DNA of 33,935 nucleotides from a virus (Duplodnaviria > Caudoviricetes): positions 1 through 33,935 of the IMG/VR virus record IMGVR_UViG_3300010370_000122. One strand, written 5' to 3'. The notes below the pieces were generated by a model. The model did not search any database and was not told the DNA's origin. It saw nothing but the letters and a program-made list of their open reading frames with translations. Of the stretch, positions 26,671 through 33,003 are shown piece by piece. Both the position numbers and the translations under genes were made by a program. Within the stretch, counting starts at the first letter, position 1, and the number at the start of each line of letters is the position of its first letter.

Positions 26671-26673
26671 TAT

Positions 26674-27468
26674 TCATTCGGTGCAGTCGCAGGGGATGGT
26701 TGTGTCATCAAGGTGCTGGAACAGTTCACCCTGCACCGTAATTTGCGTGAGCAACTGGTGATACGTCGGCCGATCCTTTCGGAACTTGGCCCCGATTGCC
26801 TGTTCCTGTTGCGCCCACCATGCTGCGCGACTGGGTTCGGCGCGGATCACCCGTTCGATTCTGGCGCTGCCCTTGAGGAAACACAGGTCGCAGTTACCGA
26901 AGGCCGGATCGTCGTTCGGGAGGGCAAGGTCAAATGGCTGCTGCTTCCACCAGGCGATGATCGTTTCGCGATCCACGCCGGCGTCCGCAAGTGGCATGGC
27001 GATGTCGCGGGTCGGGTCGGAGCGCAACTTGGCGACCCGGCGCGGCTCGTCGGCGCGCAGGCCAAGCACGGAGGTGAAGTCTCCGTACCCATTGTCGGAC
27101 ATGAACTTCTGCATCGGTATGACCTTGAGGTCGCTGGTGCAGAATCTTGCAATGGGATTGGGGAGGTAATTGCGCTTGGCGATCAGGGCCGCGAACGGCT
27201 CGCCGTTCCTGCTAGCCGTGTCAGGTCGCACGAGGTTGTATCCAGACGGCGACCATTCAATCCAAGTAACCACGCACCATTCGCGCCCGATTCGTTCCAC
27301 GAACTCGTAGGTGGCGTCGTGTTCCTTCCCGGTGTTGGCGAACAGGACGTGCGCGCCTTTCGGAAGTTCCCCCCCCCAAGCATCAAGCACATGACGAAGC
27401 AAATACGCGCTCGTTCGACCGCCGCTGAAGGACACGTAGAACGGCGGCTCAATGCGATATGGGCTCAT
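26674..27468 (-). CDS. PAPS-reductase-like (PP-loop) protein with Cys clusters
   Basis: VSFSGGRTS PP-loop, FANTGKE, RFCTSDLK, GLRADE, GNCDLCFLK, PCDC. ATG27468 lies 7 nt after TATACT. Confidence 0.88.
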   Translation of the reverse strand: MSPYRIEPPFYVSFSGGRTSAYLLRHVLDAWGGELPKGAHVLFANTGKEHDATYEFVERIGREWCVVTWIEWSPSGYNLVRPDTASRNGEPFAALIAKRNYLPNPIARFCTSDLKVIPMQKFMSDNGYGDFTSVLGLRADEPRRVAKLRSDPTRDIAMPLADAGVDRETIIAWWKQQPFDLALPNDDPAFGNCDLCFLKGSARIERVIRAEPSRAAWWAQQEQAIGAKFRKDRPTYHQLLTQITVQGELFQHLDDTTIPCDCTE

Positions 27469-27481
27469 ACTGGCGAGTATA
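27467..27481 (-). promoter_or_regulatory. -10 TATACT for a leaderless transcript, overlapped by ATAC-N6-GTAT
   Basis: Minus strand TATACT-CGCCAGT-ATG. Confidence 0.6.
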
Positions 27482-27706
27482 TCCACGTGACGAATGCGCT
27501 GGTCATGGCGCGACGTGACTACAGAACTACACAGGTGTAGCGGATTCGCTCACATGCGAACGAAACACGCCGCGGACCGTGAGGTCTACGCGGCGCGCTT
27601 CCGGGGGCAGAAGAAGGTGCCGTCCGTGGCACCAGGTGTCCGGTCGCGCCGCGCTTGGCGGCACAAGCCGCTTCGCCTCGTCAGAGAGGCACGCCAGACG
27701 GGAACA

Positions 27707-27715
27707 TGGTATACT
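27707..27715 (+). promoter_or_regulatory. Extended -10 promoter (TGGTATACT) for the replication operon
   Basis: TGn plus TATACT, about 120 nt upstream of ATG27836. Confidence 0.65.
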
Positions 27716-27721
27716 GTCCGG

Positions 27722-27822
27722 CAGCCCCGCGCAAGGGGCACGAGCGGGTGCAACTGCTCGACATCTCGACAACCGGCGGCGGGGCGGGTTAGCTTGCACC
27801 CGCTCCCCGCCCCGCCCCGGCC
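27722..27822 (+). promoter_or_regulatory. Structured leader with mutually exclusive pairings (C4/CI-antisense-like)
   Basis: Three hairpins. GAGCGGGTGCAA (27742-27753) is the exact reverse complement of TTGCACCCGCTC (27794-27805). Confidence 0.55.
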
Positions 27823-27835
27823 CTTGGAGACGCAC

Positions 27836-28411
27836 ATGGCGACGGACTTGCCTTGGTTCCCGATGTACCCGGCTGACTTCCTCGTCAGTACGGCGACGAT
27901 GACGCCCACCCAAGGGTGGGTCTACACGCAGATGCTGATGTATGCCTGGACGAACGGCGCGGTGCCGGATGACCGTGCCGCATGCGCCGCGATGACCCGT
28001 TGCAAGCTCACCGAAACCGACTGGTCGGTGGTCCGCGCACGGTTCCGAAAGACGCCCGCCGGCCTCGTGAATCCACGCATGGAACAGGAGCGCCATGCCG
28101 CCAACAAGCGACATGACCTTGCCGTAAAGGCTGGCCGCAAGGGCGCTTCGGCACGATGGTCAGTACCCGAAACCGATAGGGTGGCTATGGCAACCCCATC
28201 CGTACAGAATGGCGACCCCAATAGCAGCCCCGCTATGGCAACCCCAATGGCAATCACAATCACAACCACAACCACACCCACAACTACACCTTCGCAACCC
28301 GTAACCGTACGTCCAACGCGAAGGGGTACCGTAAGCAGCGACGTGGACAATCGAGCCGCCTTGCGTGCGCTCATCGCCAAGGAACAGGAAGGACGGTGCG
28401 AGGATGAATGA
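27836..28411 (+). CDS. Replication initiator, DUF1376/YdaU-like (lambda O analogue)
   Basis: LPWFPMYPADFL...GWVYTQMLMYAW...NPRMEQER...AGRKGASARW. GGAG RBS. Internal iterons. Confidence 0.8.
   Translation: MATDLPWFPMYPADFLVSTATMTPTQGWVYTQMLMYAWTNGAVPDDRAACAAMTRCKLTETDWSVVRARFRKTPAGLVNPRMEQERHAANKRHDLAVKAGRKGASARWSVPETDRVAMATPSVQNGDPNSSPAMATPMAITITTTTTPTTTPSQPVTVRPTRRGTVSSDVDNRAALRALIAKEQEGRCEDE
28176..28290. repeat. Putative replication origin: iterons plus A/C-skewed tract
   Basis: GCTATGGCAACCCCA at 28184 and 28232, variants at 28208, 28220 and 28246, an inverted variant at 28176-28188, then CAATCACAATCACAACCACAACCACACCCACAAC. Confidence 0.7.
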
Positions 28412-28859
28412 CCAAGTTTCATGGGCCGACAACCAGAAGTTGATGGCGACCCTGTGGCCCAAGTGGCGCCTCGAGCCGGCACTGGCGAGCGTGATCCACG
28501 AGAAGTGGTCGCAGCTCCACCAGGACAAATTGCGCGACTGCATCCGCCAGCACCGCCTCGAGCGCGACTCGAAGCCGGACATCGCCGCGATTCACAAGAA
28601 GTACTGCGCGATCACCGGGCAGGATCGACCGACCAACATCCCGGATGCCTCGCGCACGCGCCGGCAGGCCGACCGATGCGTGGGCCCGACGCCCGAGGAG
28701 CTCGAGGAATGGGAAGCGTGGGCCGAGGAACTGCTCGCCACCGCAAGCGACGCCGAGATTCGCGAGGTCCACGAACGGCTCGGGCTCACGTTCACGGCGC
28801 GACGGTTCCTCGCCATCGCCGTCGAGTACTGCCGGAAGAATCCCGTCTTGACCCGTTGA
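28404..28859 (+). CDS. Putative helicase loader/inhibitor (lambda P/G39P-like position)
   Basis: Overlaps the initiator end. LMATLWP...W...IRQH...PDIAAI pattern. Confidence 0.5.
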   Translation: MNDQVSWADNQKLMATLWPKWRLEPALASVIHEKWSQLHQDKLRDCIRQHRLERDSKPDIAAIHKKYCAITGQDRPTNIPDASRTRRQADRCVGPTPEELEEWEAWAEELLATASDAEIREVHERLGLTFTARRFLAIAVEYCRKNPVLTR

Positions 28860-28875
28860 TACGCGGGCGTATACT
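28848..28875 (+). promoter_or_regulatory. Sigma70-type promoter TTGACC-N16-TATACT with ATAC-N6-GTAT
   Basis: Shares CTTGAC-N6-ATAC-NN-GGGCGTATACTG with the 20268-20295 promoter. Confidence 0.75.
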
Positions 28876-28905
28876 GCCCGCTCACCCCCAACGAGAGGAA
28901 CTCAC

Positions 28906-29475
28906 ATGGCTTGGTATGCAATCGTCTGGCGCGAGGACACGACCCGAAAGTGCTCAATCAACGTCCCGAACTTCGGCAAGTGGTGCCATGACAACGAAGA
29001 AACGCTGTTCGTCAAACTCGGCATCCGTGGTGGAGACAACGCGGCCACGCTGCTTGTCGCCGCATGGGACCGCACGTGGGGAGACTGCGCCCCGGCGTTC
29101 GAGGTGGACAAGGGCGACCGCATTTACAGCACCGGGAACGAGTACTACGCCCGCGTAGGCGTTCTCCCGGAACACGCCGCGCCCAAGATGGAATACTTCG
29201 GCGATGACGAATGGTGGTGGCATTGGGGCGACAAGGATGACGGCACGCCCAGGCACCGTACCGTGATGGCGATTGAGCAGTTCAACGACGTGGAACAGGC
29301 CCGTGATCGTGCCGAGGACATGCTTGAGGATTGGTCAGATGCCGTGGACAAGTTTGACACCAACGAGTGGAACAGCGACCGCAAGAGCATGCGACTCGCG
29401 TACCAGGAGTTCCGCGAATGGGTTCACCAGAATGCAGGCATCATGCCGCCGGAGCTCGAGCCGGAAGCAGGCTGA
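28906..29475 (+). CDS. Hypothetical acidic Trp-rich protein with its own promoter
   Basis: GAGAGGA RBS, 189 aa, 12 Trp. Confidence 0.75.
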   Translation: MAWYAIVWREDTTRKCSINVPNFGKWCHDNEETLFVKLGIRGGDNAATLLVAAWDRTWGDCAPAFEVDKGDRIYSTGNEYYARVGVLPEHAAPKMEYFGDDEWWWHWGDKDDGTPRHRTVMAIEQFNDVEQARDRAEDMLEDWSDAVDKFDTNEWNSDRKSMRLAYQEFREWVHQNAGIMPPELEPEAG

Positions 29476-29547
29476 ACACAACGCCGTCTCCATGAAACGC
29501 CGTAGGCAAAAATCTGCCTGCGGCGTTCTCGTCGGTAGACTGCGCGC

Positions 29548-29823
29548 ATGGCGCGGCGAAAGAACCCGATCCTGCTCGCCAACCTCGATGACTGCCTCCT
29601 CGGGGTCATGTACCCCAAGGCCACCGAACGATCCGGTATACCCGTCGCCGTATACAGCGCCGACATGATCGCCGCACGGCTGCGCGACAACCACAACCTC
29701 ACCCTCCCCGAGGCCCGCGCCTTCGTCACCGACAACATCGAAACCAACGAAATGGGACCAGGAACCCCGCGCCTCATCTGGGCAGCAACCAGCGAGGATT
29801 TCGGGCAGTGCGTCAACCCATGA
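29548..29823 (+). CDS. Conserved-looking phage hypothetical protein
   Basis: LDDCLLG...VAVYS...EARAFVTDNI...MGPGTP. ATG lies 6 nt after TAGACT. Confidence 0.7.
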   Translation: MARRKNPILLANLDDCLLGVMYPKATERSGIPVAVYSADMIAARLRDNHNLTLPEARAFVTDNIETNEMGPGTPRLIWAATSEDFGQCVNP

Positions 29824-29839
29824 CGATATACTGCGCGCA

Positions 29840-30091
29840 ATGAATATCCGAACGTATGACGATTTCAAGGCCGCAGTCACAACGGCCGTGGAATCGCAGG
29901 GCGAAACCAGGTGCTCCGTCGCACGACGCCTCGAGCAGCAGGGCGCCCTCCGCGCACACACCGTCATGTGCCTCCTGTCCACCGCCCCCGTCATCGGCCG
30001 GCGGAAGCCGTCATTCGACTCCGTCCTCAAGCTCGCAGACGCCGCAGGGCTCGAACTCACCCTCACCCCCAAGGAACACCGTGCCGAGTAA
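29840..30091 (+). CDS. Cro/C1-type HTH protein, probably leaderless
   Basis: TRCSVARRL...KPSFDSVLKLADAAGLEL. TATACT 7 nt upstream, no SD. Confidence 0.7.
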   Translation: MNIRTYDDFKAAVTTAVESQGETRCSVARRLEQQGALRAHTVMCLLSTAPVIGRRKPSFDSVLKLADAAGLELTLTPKEHRAE

Positions 30092-30227
30092 GTCATCCGC
30101 CCAGCGCCGCCTCATGGCCGCAGCCGCACACTCCAAGGCGTTCGCCAAGAAGGTCGGCATCCCGATGTCCGTCGCCAAGAAGTTCAACCGCGCCGACGCA
30201 CGCAAGTCCAAGGCCCGCAAGAAGTGA
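30081..30227 (+). CDS. 48-aa basic phage peptide
   Basis: AAGGA RBS, GTG start. PSKSSAQRRLMAAAAHSKAFAKKVGIPMSVAKKFNRAD. Confidence 0.75.
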   Translation: MPSKSSAQRRLMAAAAHSKAFAKKVGIPMSVAKKFNRADARKSKARKK

Positions 30228-30478
30228 CGCGCCTCGTCGCCTACGGCGAGAACGGGCGCCGGGTAGGGGAAAGCCACCACCATGCCACGATCCCGCAAGC
30301 CATCGTCGATGAAATCCGCGAACTCCACGAGGACCACGGATGGGGCTACCGCCGCATCGCAAAGCACCTCGGGCTCGCCTGGTACACCGTCGCCAAGATC
30401 GCGAAGTACCAGCGCCGCGTCGCCGTCCCCCGCCGATGGGAGCGCATCCCCGAAGCGACCGAGGGGCCGACCGCCTGA
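30224..30478 (+). CDS. HTH protein upstream of and overlapping terS
   Basis: GESHHHATI...VDEIREL...GYRRIAKHLGLAWYTVAKI. GTGA coupling. Confidence 0.7.
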   Translation: MTRLVAYGENGRRVGESHHHATIPQAIVDEIRELHEDHGWGYRRIAKHLGLAWYTVAKIAKYQRRVAVPRRWERIPEATEGPTA

Positions 30479-30854
30479 ACCCGTCCCGGCACACCACGCC
30501 GACAGCCTGATCCAATGGCTGTCCGAAGGCAAGCCGCTCCGCGAATGGTGCCGGCAGCCCGGGCACCCGGACTGGCGCACCGTGTACCACTGGATGGACA
30601 AGGACGAGGCATTTGTGGCACGCATCGCACGCGCACGCGAGGACGGCTACGACGTGATCGCCGACCAGTGCATGGCGCTGGCCGATGACGAGCCTCGCGA
30701 CCAGGTCTACGTGGCGTGGCGCAGGCTTCAGGTCGATACCCGGCTCAAGCTCCTCGCCAAGTGGAACCCCAAGAAGTACGGCGACCGACAGGCCGTCGCC
30801 CACGAGGGCGGCGTGACCCTGAACGTCATCACGGGCGTCCCGGATGCCAACTGA
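30282..30854 (+). CDS. terS: Terminase small subunit (Sf6-like); start 30282 or 30309
   Basis: RGRP...LSEGKPLREWCR...PDWRTVYHW...ARAREDG...RLQVDTRLKLLAKWNPKKYGD. Directly upstream of terL. Confidence 0.85.
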   Translation: MPRSRKPSSMKSANSTRTTDGATAASQSTSGSPGTPSPRSRSTSAASPSPADGSASPKRPRGRPPEPVPAHHADSLIQWLSEGKPLREWCRQPGHPDWRTVYHWMDKDEAFVARIARAREDGYDVIADQCMALADDEPRDQVYVAWRRLQVDTRLKLLAKWNPKKYGDRQAVAHEGGVTLNVITGVPDAN

Positions 30855-32169
30855 AACGGTGCGCCTGAACTACGCGCCCAGGGCGTGGCAGAAGCGGTGC
30901 CACCTCGAGCGCAAGCGGTTCACGGTCCTCGCCCTGCACCGACGTGCCGGCAAGACCGAGCTCGCCATCATGGAACTCCTCGACAAGGCCATCAAGTTCA
31001 AAGCCGAACTGGGGTTCTTCGTCTACGTGGCGCCATACCTCAAGCAGGCCAAGGCCATCGCATGGGCTCGCCTCAAGTCCAAGATCGACCCGTTCATCCG
31101 CACCGCGGCCGTGGAAGTGAACGAGGCCGATCTGGCCGTGACGTTCAAGCACAACAAGGCCACCATCCGCCTGTTCGGCGGCGACAACCCCGACGCCCTG
31201 CGCGGCGTCCGACTCGACGGATGCGTGATTGACGAGGTCGCCCAGATCAAGCCCGAGGTCTGGAACGACATCATCCAGCCCGCCCTCTCCGACCGCAAGG
31301 GTTGGGCCATGTTCATCGGCACGCCCGCAGGCATCAACCTGTTCAGCGAGCTGTTCTACCGCGCAGGCAGCCTGCCGGATTGGTATGCGGCCCGGTATAC
31401 GGTCCACGACACCGACGCGCTCGACCTTGACGAGGTCGCTCGCCTTCAGCGCGACATGCCAGAGCAGGCGTTCGCACGCGAGTACCTGTGCGACTTCAGC
31501 GCCGCGGGCGATGACCAGCTCATCAGCCTGTCCGACGCCGACAGCGCCGCCGAGCGCCAATACCCGGACGGCGACGTGATCGACGCTCCGCTTGTCATCG
31601 GCGTGGACCCGGCACGGTTCGGGGATGACCGCAGTGCCATCGTCCTGCGGCAGGGGCTCCGCATGGAGAACCCGCGAATCTATACGGGCATCGACAACAT
31701 GGCACTGGCGGCGGCCGTCGCCAATGTCATCGAGGAACGCGACCCGGACGCCGTGTTCATCGACGCGGGCGCCGGCGCGGGCGTGATCGACCGCCTGCGG
31801 CAACTGGGCTACGAGGTGACCGAGGTGCCGTTCGGCGGCAAAGCCACCTTCCCGAACCTGTTCGTGAACAAGCGCACCGAGATGTGGTGGGCCATCAAGG
31901 AATGGATCGACCAGGGCGGCTCGATCCCCGACCGCACCGACCTGAAGCAGGAACTGTCCACCCCGCTGTACTGGTACGACAACGTGGGCAAGCGCGTCCT
32001 CGAGTCAAAGGACGAGGTCAAGAAGCGGCTTCAGGGCGGCGGCAGCCCAGACATCGCCGACGCGCTCGCGCTCACGTTCGCCTACCCGGTCGCCAAGATG
32101 TTGCCTCGAGAAGTGCGCGAGAAGCTGTCGCCGCGCCGCGAGGATCACGACCCATACGAGGACATGTGA
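30844..32169 (+). CDS. terL: Terminase large subunit
   Basis: Walker A HRRAGKT, Walker B VIDE, IGTP coupling motif, nuclease IGVDPARFGDD and SPDIADALALTF. Confidence 0.95.
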   Translation: MPTETVRLNYAPRAWQKRCHLERKRFTVLALHRRAGKTELAIMELLDKAIKFKAELGFFVYVAPYLKQAKAIAWARLKSKIDPFIRTAAVEVNEADLAVTFKHNKATIRLFGGDNPDALRGVRLDGCVIDEVAQIKPEVWNDIIQPALSDRKGWAMFIGTPAGINLFSELFYRAGSLPDWYAARYTVHDTDALDLDEVARLQRDMPEQAFAREYLCDFSAAGDDQLISLSDADSAAERQYPDGDVIDAPLVIGVDPARFGDDRSAIVLRQGLRMENPRIYTGIDNMALAAAVANVIEERDPDAVFIDAGAGAGVIDRLRQLGYEVTEVPFGGKATFPNLFVNKRTEMWWAIKEWIDQGGSIPDRTDLKQELSTPLYWYDNVGKRVLESKDEVKKRLQGGGSPDIADALALTFAYPVAKMLPREVREKLSPRREDHDPYEDM

Positions 32170-32201
32170 GTACCCGTAACGACTAGCGCGAGGAATACAG
32201 T
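32170..32201 (+). promoter_or_regulatory. Putative late promoter GTACCCGTA-N17-TACAGT
   Basis: Identical 9-mer and spacing to 12333-12364. Confidence 0.45.
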
Positions 32202-32203
32202 CC

Positions 32204-32656
32204 GTGAGCATCATTCGCCACGCCACCGAGCAGGACATCGACGCATTGACCGCAATGGCCCGCGAGTTCCTCGCCTACAGCGCGTACGGCACGATGATTG
32301 CGCCGTCCGACGATGACATCCGTGCCGGCCTCCAGACCGTGCTGACGGCCGGCGTCGTGTTCGTGGCCGAGGTCGGCGAACGCATCGTCGGGGCCGTGGT
32401 CGGCGTCGTGGCGCCCATGTGGTTTGCGCCGAGCGTCACGGCCGCCGTCGAACTGGCATGGTGGGTGGACCCCGCGCATCGCATGACGCGCATCCCGTTC
32501 CGGCTCATGCACGCGCTCGAGGCGTGGGGCAAGGAGCGCGGCGCGCAACTCATGTGCATGAGCGAACTCGTCATCGAAGGCACGACGCCCGTCGCAAAGA
32601 TGCTCGGGCGAATGGGATACGTGAACACCGAACGAACGCACGTAAGGGAGATCTGA
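32204..32656 (+). CDS. GNAT-family acetyltransferase
   Basis: IRHATEQD...VFVAEVGERIVG...ELAWWVDPAHR...LEAWGKERGA...RMGY. Confidence 0.85.
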   Translation: MSIIRHATEQDIDALTAMAREFLAYSAYGTMIAPSDDDIRAGLQTVLTAGVVFVAEVGERIVGAVVGVVAPMWFAPSVTAAVELAWWVDPAHRMTRIPFRLMHALEAWGKERGAQLMCMSELVIEGTTPVAKMLGRMGYVNTERTHVREI

Positions 32657-32657
32657 C

Positions 32658-33002
32658 ATGGCAGCGATTTCGTCCATCCTCGCAGGCATCGCCGCAGGCG
32701 CGGCCGCCGCCGGAACCGGGTACGCCATCGTCGCGGGCGAGCGCGGCGCGTCCATGCAGCAGCAGGCAATGGGCGAACAGCGCAAGGCGCAGCAGGCCGC
32801 CGCAGCGCAGGCCCGCTCGCAGCAGCGCCGTAGCCAGCAGGCAATGGCCGCCGCCAACCGCGCCGAACCCGATGTCGCCGGGATCATGGGACGCGCCGCG
32901 GCCGAAGGCGCCGGCGGCCCCGCCAGCACCATGCTCACCGGGCCGATGGGCGTGAACCCGCAGGATCTCCAGCTCGGGCGCTCGTCGCTCCTCGGAGGCT
33001 GA
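32658..33002 (+). CDS. Small virion protein upstream of portal
   Basis: Ala/Gln-rich, ending STMLTGPMGV...LGRSSLLGG, typical of the pre-portal gene of BPP-1-like podoviruses. Confidence 0.7.
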   Translation: MAAISSILAGIAAGAAAAGTGYAIVAGERGASMQQQAMGEQRKAQQAAAAQARSQQRRSQQAMAAANRAEPDVAGIMGRAAAEGAGGPASTMLTGPMGVNPQDLQLGRSSLLGG

Positions 33003-33003
33003 C

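Noticed and set aside
26427-26741. 72-aa (-) and 90-aa (+) ORFs across the candidate ncRNA
   Set aside because: Low-complexity Pro/Arg translations without RBS. RNA structure explains the region better, though coding is not formally excluded.
26284-27540. 418-aa + strand ORF
   Set aside because: Mostly antisense to the PAPS-reductase-like gene and has no recognisable motifs.
26517-27700. tRNA or known ribozyme in the structured intergenic regions
   Set aside because: No T-loop GTTCRA with cloverleaf spacing and no hammerhead CTGATGA/GAAA core found by eye.
27494-27835. 114-codon N-terminal extension of the replication initiator
   Set aside because: It runs through the promoter and structured leader. 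The family motif and GGAG RBS point to ATG27836.
28176-28290. CRISPR-like or tandem repeat array
   Set aside because: Units are about 12 bp without unique spacers and lie within the initiator CDS, which fits iterons.
26388-28304. 12-bp match CGCAACCCGTAA at 26388 and 28293, resembling the late motif
   Set aside because: Both copies are in coding sequence, differ from GTACCCGTA and lack the 17-nt-spaced hexamer. Likely chance.
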